Assembly (NCBI GenBank): GCA_964016885.1
Contig: OZ024758.1
Location: 39,494,001-39,558,000, forward strand
DNA length: 64,000 nt
Direction: 5' to 3'
Origin: Eledone cirrhosa
Lineage: Eukaryota
The position numbers and the translations under genes are program-made. Shown piece after piece: positions 13,361 to 27,364 of the stretch. The first letter of the stretch is position 1. Each line of letters opens with the position of its first letter. Under the pieces are notes generated by a model. It worked only from the letters and a program-made list of their open reading frames with translations. It had not been told where the DNA came from and ran no database searches.

Positions 13361-16206
13361 ATGAATTCTCACCAACAATGGAGTTACTTCTGACAGCTAA
13401 TACCATGACTTAAATGAATTCTCACCAACAGTGGAGTTACTTCTGACAGCTAATACCATGAACTTAAATGAATTCTCACCAACAATGGAGTTACTTCTGA
13501 CAGCTAGTACCATGAACTTAAATGAATTCTCACCAACATTGGAGTTACTTCTGACAACTAATACCATGACTTAAATGAATTCTCACCAACAGTGGAGTTA
13601 CTTCTGACAACTAATACCATGAACTTAAATGAATTCTCACCAACAGTGGAGTTACTTCTGACAACTAGTACCATGAACTTAAATGAATTCTCACCAACAG
13701 TGGAGTTACTTCTGACAGCTAATACCATGAACTTAAATGAATTCTCACCAACAGTGGAGTTCCTTCTGACAGCTAATACCATGAACTTAAATGAATTCTC
13801 ACCAACAGTGGAGTTACTTCTGACAGCTAGTACCATGAACTTAAATGAATTCTCACCAACAGTGGAGTTACTTCTGACAGCTAATACCATGAACTTAAAT
13901 GAATTCTCACCAACAGTGGCGTTCCTTCTGACAGCTAATACCATGAACTTAAATGAATTCTCACCAACAGTGGAGTTACTTCTGACAGCTAGTACCATGA
14001 CTTAAATGAATTCTCACCAACATTGGAGTTCCTTCTGACAGCTAATACCATGAACTTAAATGAATTCTCACCAACAGTGGAGTTACTTCTGACAGCTAAT
14101 ACCATGAACTTAAATGAATTCTCACCAACAGTGGAGTTACTTCTGACAGCTAATACCATGAACTTAAATGAATTCTCACCAACATTGGAGTGACTTCTGA
14201 CAGCTAATACCATGAACTTAAATGAATTCTCACCAACATTGGAGTTACTTCTGACAGCTAATACCATGAACTAAAATGAATTCTCACCAACAGTGGAGTT
14301 ACTTCTGACAGCTAGTACCATGAACTTAAATGAATTCTCACCAACAGTGGAGTTACTTCTGACAGCTAATACCATGAACTTAAATGAATTCTCACCAACA
14401 TTGGAGTGACTTCTGACAGCTAATACCATGAACTTAAATGAATTCTCACCAACATTGGAGTGACTTCTGACAGCTAGTACCATGAACTTAAATGAATTCT
14501 CACCAACAGTGGAGTTACTTCTGACAGCTAGTACCATGAACTTAAATGAATTCTCACCAACAGTGGAGTTACTTCTGACAGCTAGTACCATGAACATAAA
14601 TGAATTCTCACCATCAGTGGAGTTCCTTCTGACAGCTAATACCATGAACTTAAATGAATTCTCACCAACAGTGGAGTTACTTCTGACAGCTAGTACCATG
14701 ACTTAAATGAATTCTCACCAACAATGGAGTTACTTCTGACAGCTAATACCATGACTTAAATGAATTCTCACCAACAGTGGAGTTACTTCTGACAGCTAAT
14801 ACCATGAACTTAAATGAATTCTCACCAACATTGGAGTGACTTCTGACAGCTAATACCATGAACTTAAATGAATTCTCACCAACATTGGAGTTACTTCTGA
14901 CAGCTAATACCATGACTTAAATGAATTCTCACCAACAGTGGAGTTACTTCTGACAGCTAATACCATGAACTTAAATGAATCCTCACCAACATTGGAGTTA
15001 CTTCTGACAGCTAGTACCATGAACTTAAATGAATTCTCACCAACAGTGGAGTTACTTCTGACAGCTAATACCATGAACTTAAATGAATTCTCACCAACAG
15101 TGGAGTTCCTTCTGACAGCTAATACCATGAACTTAAATGAATTCTCACCAACATTGGAGTTACTTCTGACAGCTAGTACCATGACTTAAATGAATTCTCA
15201 CCAACAGTGGAGTTACTTCTGACAGCTAATACCATGAACTTAAATGAATTCTCACCAACAGTGGAGTTCCTTCTGACAGCTAATACCATGAACTTAAATG
15301 AATTCTCACCAACAGTGGAGTTACTTCTGACAGCTAATACCATGAACTTAAATGAATTCTCACCAACAGTGGAGTTACTTCTGACAGCTAATACCATGAA
15401 CTTAAATGAATTCTCACCAACATTGGAGTGACTTCTGACAGCTAATACCATGAACTTAAATGAATTCTCACCAACATTGGAGTTACTTCTGACAGCTAAT
15501 ACCATGAACTTAAATGAATTCTCACCAACAGTGGAGTTACTTCTGACAGCTAATACCATGAACTTAAATGAATTCTCACCAACATTGGAGTGACTTCTGA
15601 CAGCTAATACCATGAACTTAAATGAATTCTCACCAACATTGGAGTTACTTCTGACAGCTAATACCATGAACTTAAATGAATTCTCACCAACAGTGGAGTT
15701 ACTTCTGACAGCTAGTACCATGAACTTAAATGAATTCTCACCAACAGTGGAGTTACTTCTGACAGCTAATACCATGAACTTAAATGAATTCTCACCAACA
15801 TTGGAGTGACTTCTGACAGCTAGTACCATGAACTTAAATGAATTCTCACCAACAGTGGAGTGACTTCTGACAGCTAGTACCATGAACTTAAATGAATTCT
15901 CACCAACAGTGGAGTTACTTCTGACAGCTAGTACCATGAACATAAATGAATTCTCACCATCAGTGGAGTTCCTTCTGACAGCTAATACCATGAACTTAAA
16001 TGAATTCTCACCAACAGTGGAGTTACTTCTGACAGCTAGTACCATGACTTAAATGAATTCTCACCAACAATGGAGTTACTTCTGACAGCTAATACCATGA
16101 CTTAAATGAATTCTCACCAACAGTGGAGTTACTTCTGACAGCTAATACCATGAACTTAAATGAATTCTCACCAACATTGGAGTGACTTCTGACAGCTAAT
16201 ACCATA

Positions 16207-19200
16207 AACTTAAATGAATTCTCACCAACATTGGAGTTACTTCTGACAGCTAATACCATGACTTAAATGAATTCTCACCAACAGTGGAGTTACTTCTGAC
16301 AGCTAATACCATGAACTTAAATGAATTCTCACCAACATTGGAGTTACTTCTGACAGCTAGTACCATGAACTTAAATGAATTCTCACCAACAGTGGAGTTA
16401 CTTCTGACAGCTAATACCATGAACTTAAATGAATTCTCACCAACAGTGGAGTTTCTTCTGACAGCTAATACCATGAACTTAAATGAATTCTCACCAACAT
16501 TGGAGTTACTTCTGACATCTAGTACCATGACTTAAATGAATTCTCACCAACAGTGGAGTTACTTCTGACAGCTAATACCATGAACTTAAATGAATTCTCA
16601 CCAGCAGTGGACTTCCTTCTGACAGCTAATACCATGAACTTAAATGAATTCTCACCAACATTGGAGTTACTTCTGACAGCTAGTACCATGACTTAAATGA
16701 ATTCTCACCAACATTGGAGTTACTTCTGACAACTAATACCATGACTTAAATGAATTCTCACCAACAGTGGAGTTACTTCTGACAAACTAATACCATGAAC
16801 TTAAATGAATTCTCACCAACAGTGGTGTTACTTCTGACAGCTAGTACCATGACTTAAATGAATTCTCACCAACAATGGAGTTACTTCTGACAGCTAATAC
16901 CATGACTTAAATGAATTCTCACCAACAGTGGAGTTACTTCTGACAGCTAATACCATGAACTTAAATGAATTCTCACCAACAGTGGAGTTACTTCTGACAG
17001 CTAGTACCATGAACTTAAATGAATTCTCACCAACATTGGAGTTCCTTCTGACAGCTAATACCATGAACTTAAATGAATTCTCACTAACATTGGAGTTACT
17101 TCTGACAGCTAGTACCATGAACTTAAATGAATTCTCACCAACAGTGGAGTTACTTCTGACAGCTAATACCATGAACTTAAATGAATTCTCACCAACAGTG
17201 GCGTTCCTTCTGACAGCTAATACCATGAACTTAAATGAATTCTCACCAACAGTGGAGTTACTTCTGACAGCTAGTACCATGACTTAAATGAATTCTCACC
17301 AACAGTGGAGTTACTTCTGACAGCTAGTACCATGAACTTAAATGAATTCTCACCAACATGGAGTTCTTTCTGACAGCTAATACCATGAACTTAAATGAAT
17401 TCTCACCAACAGTGGAGTTACTTCTGACAGCTAATACCATGAACTTAAATGGATTCTCACCAACAGTGGAGTTACTTCTGACAGCTAATACCATGAACTT
17501 AAATGAAATCTCACCAACATTGGAGTGACTTCTGACAGCTAATACCATGAACTTAAATGAATTCTCACCAACATTGGGGTTACTTCTGACAGCTAGTACC
17601 ATGAACTTAAATGAATTCTCACCAACAGTGGAGTGACTTCTGACAGCTAATACCATGAACTTAAATGAATTCTCACCAACAGTGGAGTTACTTCTGACAA
17701 ACTAATACCATGAACTTAAATGAATTCTCACCAACAGTGGAGTTACTTCTGACAGCTAGTACCATGAACTTAAATGAATTCTCACCAACAGTGGAGTTAC
17801 TTCTGACAGCTAATACCATGAACTTAAATGAATTCTCACCAACAGTGGAGTTACTTCTGACAGCTAATACCATGAACTTAAATGAATTCTCACCAACATT
17901 GGAGTGACTTCTGACAGCTAATACCATGAACTTAAATGAATTCTCACCAACATTGGAGTTACTTCTGACAGCTAATACCATGAACTTAAATGAATTCTCA
18001 CCAACAGTGGAGTTACTTCTGACAGCTAGTACCATGAACTTAAATGAATTCTCACCAACAGTGGAGTTACTTCTGACAGCTAATACCATGAACTTAAATG
18101 AATTCTCACCAACATTGGAGTGACTTCTGACAGCTAGTACCATGAACTTAAATGAATTCTCACCAACAGTGGAGTTACTTCTGACAGCTAGTACCATGAA
18201 CTTAAATGAATTCTCACCAACAGTGGAGTTACTTCTGACAGCTAGTACCATGAACTTAAATGAATTCTCACCAACAGTGGAGTTACTTCTGACAGCTAAT
18301 AACATGAACTTAAATGAATTCTCACCAACATTGGAGTGACTTCTGACAGCTAGTACCATGAACTTAAATGAATTCTCACCAACAGTGGAGTTACTTCTGA
18401 CAGCTAGTACCATGAACTTAAATGAATTCTCACCAACAGTGGAGTTACTTCTGACAGCTAGTACCATGAACTTAAATGAATTCTCACCAACAGTGGAGTT
18501 CCTTCTGACAGCTAATACCATGAACTTAAATGAATTCTCACCAACAGTGGAGTTACTTCTGACAGCTAGTACCATGACTTAAATGAATTCTCACCAACAA
18601 TGGAGTTACTTCTGACAGCTAATACCATGACTTAAATGAATTCTCACCAACAGTGGAGTTACTTCTGACAGCTAATACCATGAACTTAAATGAATTCTCA
18701 CCAACAATGGAGTTACTTCTGACAGCTAGTACCATGAACTTAAATGAATTCTCACCAACATTGGAGTTACTTCTGACAACTAATACCATGACTTAAATGA
18801 ATTCTCACCAACAGTGGAGTTACTTCTGACAACTAATACCATGAACTTAAATGAATTCTCACCAACAGTGGAGTTACTTCTGACAACTAGTACCATGAAC
18901 TTAAATGAATTCTCACCAACAGTGGAGTTACTTCTGACAGCTAATACCATGAACTTAAATGAATTCTCACCAACAGTGGAGTTCCTTCTGACAGCTAATA
19001 CCATGAACTTAAATGAATTCTCACCAACAGTGGAGTTACTTCTGACAGCTAGTACCATGAACTTAAATGAATTCTCACCAACAGTGGAGTTACTTCTGAC
19101 AGCTAATACCATGAACTTAAATGAATTCTCACCAACAGTGGCGTTCCTTCTGACAGCTAATACCATGAACTTAAATGAATTCTCACCAACAGTGGAGTTA

Positions 19201-22200
19201 CTTCTGACAGCTAGTACCATGACTTAAATGAATTCTCACCAACATTGGAGTTCCTTCTGACAGCTAATACCATGAACTTAAATGAATTCTCACCAACAGT
19301 GGAGTTACTTCTGACAGCTAATACCATGAACTTAAATGAATTCTCACCAACAGTGGAGTTACTTCTGACAGCTAATACCATGAACTTAAATGAATTCTCA
19401 CCAACATTGGAGTGACTTCTGACAGCTAATACCATGAACTTAAATGAATTCTCACCAACATTGGAGTTACTTCTGACAGCTAATACCATGAACTAAAATG
19501 AATTCTCACCAACAGTGGAGTTACTTCTGACAGCTAGTACCATGAACTTAAATGAATTCTCACCAACAGTGGAGTTACTTCTGACAGCTAATACCATGAA
19601 CTTAAATGAATTCTCACCAACATTGGAGTGACTTCTGACAGCTAATACCATGAACTTAAATGAATTCTCACCAACATGGGAGTGACTTCTGACAGCTAGT
19701 ACCATGAACTTAAATGAATTCTCACCAACAGTGGAGTTACTTCTGACAGCTAGTACCATGAACTTAAATGAATTCTCACCAACAGTGGAGTTACTTCTGA
19801 CAGCTAGTACCATGAACATAAATGAATTCTCACCATCAGTGGAGTTCCTTCTGACAGCTAATACCATGAACTTAAATGAATTCTCACCAACAGTGGAGTT
19901 ACTTCTGACAGCTAGTACCATGACTTAAATGAATTCTCACCAACAATGGAGTTACTTCTGACAGCTAATACCATGACTTAAATGAATTCTCACCAACAGT
20001 GGAGTTACTTCTGACAGCTAATACCATGAACTTAAATGAATTCTCACCAACATTGGAGTGACTTCTGACAGCTAATACCATGAACTTAAATGAATTCTCA
20101 CCAACATTGGAGTTACTTCTGACAGCTAATACCATGACTTAAATGAATTCTCACCAACAGTGGAGTTACTTCTGACAGCTAATACCATGAACTTAAATGA
20201 ATTCTCACCAACATTGGAGTTACTTCTGACAGCTAATACCATGACTTAAATGAATTCTCACCAACAGTGGAGTTACTTCTGACAGCTAATACCATGAACT
20301 TAAATGAATTCTCACCAACATTGGAGTTACTTCTGACAGCTAGTACCATGAACTTAAATGAATTCTCACCAACAGTGGAGTTACTTCTGACAGCTAATAC
20401 CATGAACTTAAATGAATTCTCACCAACAGTGGAGTTTCTTCTGACAGCTAATACCATGAACTTAAATGAATTCTCACCAACATTGGAGTTACTTCTGACA
20501 TCTAGTACCATGACTTAAATGAATTCTCACCAACAGTGGAGTTACTTCTGACAGCTAATACCATGAACTTAAATGAATTCTCACCAGCAGTGGACTTCCT
20601 TCTGACAGCTAATACCATGAACTTAAATGAATTCTCACCAACATTGGAGTTACTTCTGACAGCTAGTACCATGACTTAAATGAATTCTCACCAACATTGG
20701 AGTTACTTCTGACAACTAATACCATGACTTAAATGAATTCTCACCAACAGTGGAGTTACTTCTGACAAACTAATACCATGAACTTAAATGAATTCTCACC
20801 AACAGTGGTGTTACTTCTGACAGCTAGTACCATGACTTAAATGAATTCTCACCAACAATGGAGTTACTTCTGACAGCTAATACCATGACTTAAATGAATT
20901 CTCACCAACAGTGGAGTTACTTCTGACAGCTAATACCATGAACTTAAATGAATTCTCACCAACAGTGGAGTTACTTCTGACAGCTAGTACCATGAACTTA
21001 AATGAATTCTCACCAACATTGGAGTTCCTTCTGACAGCTAATACCATGAACTTAAATGAATTCTCACTAACATTGGAGTTACTTCTGACAGCTAGTACCA
21101 TGAACTTAAATGAATTCTCACCAACAGTGGAGTTACTTCTGACAGCTAATACCATGAACTTAAATGAATTCTCACCAACAGTGGCGTTCCTTCTGACAGC
21201 TAATACCATGAACTTAAATGAATTCTCACCAACAGTGGAGTTACTTCTGACAGCTAGTACCATGACTTAAATGAATTCTCACCAACAGTGGAGTTACTTC
21301 TGACAGCTAGTACCATGAACTTAAATGAATTCTCACCAACATGGAGTTCTTTCTGACAGCTAATACCATGAACTTAAATGAATTCTCACCAACAGTGGAG
21401 TTACTTCTGACAGCTAATACCATGAACTTAAATGGATTCTCACCAACAGTGGAGTTACTTCTGACAGCTAATACCATGAACTTAAATGAAATCTCACCAA
21501 CATTGGAGTGACTTCTGACAGCTAATACCATGAACTTAAATGAATTCTCACCAACATTGGGGTTACTTCTGACAGCTAGTACCATGAACTTAAATGAATT
21601 CTCACCAACAGTGGAGTGACTTCTGACAGCTAATACCATGAACTTAAATGAATTCTCACCAACAGTGGAGTTACTTCTGACAAACTAATACCATGAACTT
21701 AAATGAATTCTCACCAACAGTGGAGTTACTTCTGACAGCTAGTACCATGAACTTAAATGAATTCTCACCAACAGTGGAGTTACTTCTGACAGCTAATACC
21801 ATGAACTTAAATGAATTCTCACCAACAGTGGAGTTACTTCTGACAGCTAATACCATGAACTTAAATGAATTCTCACCAACATTGGAGTGACTTCTGACAG
21901 CTAATACCATGAACTTAAATGAATTCTCACCAACATTGGAGTTACTTCTGACAGCTAATACCATGAACTTAAATGAATTCTCACCAACAGTGGAGTTACT
22001 TCTGACAGCTAGTACCATGAACTTAAATGAATTCTCACCAACAGTGGAGTTACTTCTGACAGCTAATACCATGAACTTAAATGAATTCTCACCAATATTG
22101 GAGTGACTTCTGACAGCTAGTACCATGAACTTAAATGAATTCTCACCAACAGTGGAGTTACTTCTGACAGCTAGTACCATGAACTTAAATGAATTCTCAC

Positions 22201-24185
22201 CAACAGTGGAGTTACTTCTGACAGCTAGTACCATGAACTTAAATGAATTCTCACCAACAGTGGAGTTACTTCTGACAGCTAATAACATGAACTTAAATGA
22301 ATTCTCACCAACATTGGAGTGACTTCTGACAGCTAGTACCATGAACTTAAATGAATTCTCACCAACAGTGGAGTTACTTCTGACAGCTAGTACCATGAAC
22401 TTAAATGAATTCTCACCAACAGTGGAGTTACTTCTGACAGCTAGTACCATGAACTTAAATGAATTCTCACCAACAGTGGAGTTCCTTCTGACAGCTAATA
22501 CCATGAACTTAAATGAATTCTCACCAACAGTGGAGTTACTTCTGACAGCTAGTACCATGACTTAAATGAATTCTCACCAACAATGGAGTTACTTCTGACA
22601 GCTAATACCATGACTTAAATGAATTCTCACCAACAGTGGAGTTACTTCTGACAGCTAATACCATGAACTTAAATGAATTCTCACCAACAATGGAGTTACT
22701 TCTGACAGCTAGTACCATGAACTTAAATGAATTCTCACCAACATTGGAGTTACTTCTGACAACTAATACCATGACTTAAATGAATTCTCACCAACAGTGG
22801 AGTTACTTCTGACAACTAATACCATGAACTTAAATGAATTCTCACCAACAGTGGAGTTACTTCTGACAACTAGTACCATGAACTTAAATGAATTCTCACC
22901 AACAGTGGAGTTACTTCTGACAGCTAATACCATGAACTTAAATGAATTCTCACCAACAGTGGAGTTCCTTCTGACAGCTAATACCATGAACTTAAATGAA
23001 TTCTCACCAACAGTGGAGTTACTTCTGACAGCTAGTACCATGAACTTAAATGAATTCTCACCAACAGTGGAGTTACTTCTGACAGCTAATACCATGAACT
23101 TAAATGAATTCTCACCAACAGTGGCGTTCCTTCTGACAGCTAATACCATGAACTTAAATGAATTCTCACCAACAGTGGAGTTACTTCTGACAGCTAGTAC
23201 CATGACTTAAATGAATTCTCACCAACATTGGAGTTCCTTCTGACAGCTAATACCATGAACTTAAATGAATTCTCACCAACAGTGGAGTTACTTCTGACAG
23301 CTAATACCATGAACTTAAATGAATTCTCACCAACAGTGGAGTTACTTCTGACAGCTAATACCATGAACTTAAATGAATTCTCACCAACATTGGAGTGACT
23401 TCTGACAGCTAATACCATGAACTTAAATGAATTCTCACCAACATTGGAGTTACTTCTGACAGCTAATACCATGAACTAAAATGAATTCTCACCAACAGTG
23501 GAGTTACTTCTGACAGCTAGTACCATGAACTTAAATGAATTCTCACCAACAGTGGAGTTACTTCTGACAGCTAATACCATGAACTTAAATGAATTCTCAC
23601 CAACATTGGAGTGACTTCTGACAGCTAATACCATGAACTTAAATGAATTCTCACCAACATGGGAGTGACTTCTGACAGCTAGTACCATGAACTTAAATGA
23701 ATTCTCACCAACAGTGGAGTTACTTCTGACAGCTAGTACCATGAACTTAAATGAATTCTCACCAACAGTGGAGTTACTTCTGACAGCTAGTACCATGAAC
23801 ATAAATGAATTCTCACCATCAGTGGAGTTCCTTCTGACAGCTAATACCATGAACTTAAATGAATTCTCACCAACAGTGGAGTTACTTCTGACAGCTAGTA
23901 CCATGACTTAAATGAATTCTCACCAACAATGGAGTTACTTCTGACAGCTAATACCATGACTTAAATGAATTCTCACCAACAGTGGAGTTACTTCTGACAG
24001 CTAATACCATGAACTTAAATGAATTCTCACCAACATTGGAGTGACTTCTGACAGCTAATACCATGAACTTAAATGAATTCTCACCAACATTGGAGTTACT
24101 TCTGACAGCTAATACCATGACTTAAATGAATTCTCACCAACAGTGGAGTTACTTCTGACAGCTAATACCATGAACTTAAATGAAT
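16207..24185. repeat. 3,983-bp (74-monomer) tandem duplication, 2 copies
   Basis: Constant offset 3983 for ORFs 16250/20233, 16894/20877, 17324/21307, 17688/21671, 18780/22763, 19211/23194 and 19493/23476. Private variants AATAACATG (~18300/22283) and CCAACATGGG (~19675/23658) were seen only in these two copies. Confidence 0.93.
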
Positions 24186-24784
24186 CCTCACCAACATTGG
24201 AGTTACTTCTGACAGCTAGTACCATGAACTTAAATGAATTCTCACCAACAGTGGAGTTACTTCTGACAGCTAATACCATGAACTTAAATGAATTCTCACC
24301 ATCAGTGGAGTTCCTTCTGACAGCTAATACCATGAACTTAAATGAATTCTCACCAACAGTGGAGTTACTTCTGACAGCTAGTACCATGACTTAAATGAAT
24401 TCTCACCAACAATGGAGTTACTTCTGACAGCTAATACCATGACTTAAATGAATTCTCACCAACAGTGGAGTTACTTCTGACAGCTAATACCATGAACTTA
24501 AATGAATTCTCACCAACATTGGAGTGACTTCTGACAGCTAATACCATGAACTTAAATGAATTCTCACCAACATTGGAGTTACTTCTGACAGCTAATACCA
24601 TGACTTAAATGAATTCTCACCAACAGTGGAGTTACTTCTGACAGCTAATACCATGAACTTAAATGAATCCTCACCAACATTGGAGTTACTTCTGACAGCT
24701 AGTACCATGAACTTAAATGAATTCTCACCAACAGTGGAGTTACTTCTGACAGCTAATACCATGAACTTAAATGAATTCTCACCA
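23802..24784. repeat. 483-bp (9-monomer) tandem duplication
   Basis: The CCATCAGT variant occurs at 23818 and 24301 and GAATCC at ~24186 and ~24669. ORFs 24109/24592 are offset by 483. Confidence 0.85.
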
Positions 24785-27364
24785 ACAGTGGAGTTCCTTC
24801 TGACAGCTAATACCATGAACTTAAATGAATTCTCACCAACATTGGAGTTACTTCTGACAGCTAGTACCATGACTTAAATGAATTCTCACCAACAGTGGAG
24901 TTACTTCTGACAGCTAATACCATGAACTTAAATGAATTCTCACCAACAGTGGAGTTCCTTCTGACAGCTAATACCATGAACTTAAATGAATTCTCACCAA
25001 CATTGGAGTTACTTCTGACAGCTAGTACCATGACTTAAATGAATTCTCACCAACATTGGAGTTACTTCTGACAACTAATACCATGACTTAAATGAATTCT
25101 CACCAACAGTGGAGTTACTTCTGACAAACTAATACCATGAACTTAAATGAATTCTCACCAACAGTGGTGTTACTTCTGACAGCTAGTACCATGACTTAAA
25201 TGAATTCTCACCAACAATGGAGTTACTTCTGACAGCTAATACCATGACTTAAATGAATTCTCACCAACAGTGGAGTTACTTCTGACAGCTAATACCATGA
25301 ACTTAAATGAATTCTTACCAAAAGTGGAGTTACTTCTGACAGCTAGTACCATGAACTTAAATGAATTCTCACCAACATTGGAGTTACTTCTGACAGCTAA
25401 TACCATGACTTAAATGAATTCTCACCAACAGTGGAGTTACTTCTGACAGCTAATACCATGAACTTAAATGAATTCTCACCAACATTGGAGTGACTTCTGA
25501 CAGCTAATACCATGAACTTAAATGAATTCTCACCAACAGTGGCGTTCCTTCTGACAGCTAATACCATGAACTTAAATGAATTCTCACCAACAGTGGAGTT
25601 ACTTCTGACAGCTAGTACCATGACTTAAATGAATTCTCACCAACATTGGAGTTCCTTCTGACAGCTAATACCATGAACTTAAATGAATTCTCACCAACAG
25701 TGGAGTTACTTCTGACAGCTAATACCATGAACTTAAATGAATTCTCACCAACATTGGAGTGACTTCTGACAGCTAATACCATAAACTTAAATGAATTCTC
25801 ACCAACATTGGAGTTACTTCTGACAGCTAATACCATGACTTAAATGAATTCTCACCAACAGTGGAGTTACTTCTGACAGCTAATACCATGAACTTAAATG
25901 AATTCTCACCAACAGTGGAGTTACTTCTGACAGCTAATACCATGAACTTAAATGAATTCTCACCAACATTGGAGTGACTTCTGACAGCTAATACCATGAA
26001 CTTAAATGAATTCTCACCAACATTGGAGTTACTTCTGACAGCTAATACCATGACTTAAATGAATTCTCACCAACAGTGGAGTTACTTCTGACAGCTAATA
26101 CCATGAACTTAAATGAATCCTCACCAACATTGGAGTTACTTCTGACAGCTAGTACCATGAACTTAAATGAATTCTCACCAACAGTGGAGTTACTTCTGAC
26201 AGCTAATACCATGAACTTAAATGAATTCTCACCAACAGTGGAGTTCCTTCTGACAGCTAATACCATGAACTTAAATGAATTCTCACCAACATTGGAGTTA
26301 CTTCTGACAGCTAGTACCATGACTTAAATGAATTCTCACCAACAGTGGAGTTACTTCTGACAGCTAATACCATGAACTTAAATGAATTCTCACCAACAGT
26401 GGAGTTCCTTCTGACAGCTAATACCATGAACTTAAATGAATTCTCACCAACATTGGAGTTACTTCTGACAGCTAGTACCATGACTTAAATGAATTCTCAC
26501 CAACATTGGAGTTACTTCTGACAACTAATACCATGACTTAAATGAATTCTCACCAACAGTGGAGTTACTTCTGACAAACTAATACCATGAACTTAAATGA
26601 ATTCTCACCAACAGTGGTGTTACTTCTGACAGCTAGTACCATGACTTAAATGAATTCTCACCAACAATGGAGTTACTTCTGACAGCTAATACCATGACTT
26701 AAATGAATTCTCACCAACAGTGGAGTTACTTCTGACAGCTAATACCATGAACTTAAATGAATTCTTACCAAAAGTGGAGTTACTTCTGACAGCTAGTACC
26801 ATGAACTTAAATGAATTCTCACCAACATTGGAGTTACTTCTGACAGCTAATACCATGACTTAAATGAATTCTCACCAACAGTGGAGTTACTTCTGACAGC
26901 TAATACCATGAACTTAAATGAATTCTCACCAACATTGGAGTGACTTCTGACAGCTAATACCATGAACTTAAATGAATTCTCACCAACAGTGGCGTTCCTT
27001 CTGACAGCTAATACCATGAACTTAAATGAATTCTCACCAACAGTGGAGTTACTTCTGACAGCTAGTACCATGACTTAAATGAATTCTCACCAACATTGGA
27101 GTTCCTTCTGACAGCTAATACCATGAACTTAAATGAATTCTCACCAACAGTGGAGTTACTTCTGACAGCTAATACCATGAACTTAAATGAATTCTCACCA
27201 ACATTGGAGTGACTTCTGACAGCTAATACCATAAACTTAAATGAATTCTCACCAACATTGGAGTTACTTCTGACAGCTAATACCATGACTTAAATGAATT
27301 CTCACCAACAGTGGAGTTACTTCTGACAGCTAATACCATGAACTTAAATGAATTCTCACCAACA
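24443..27364. repeat. 1,450-bp (27-monomer) tandem duplication, 2 copies
   Basis: Offset 1450 for ORFs 24592/26042, 25397/26847, 25612/27062 and 25827/27277. The CTTACCAAAA variant occurs at ~25314 and ~26764. Confidence 0.9.
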
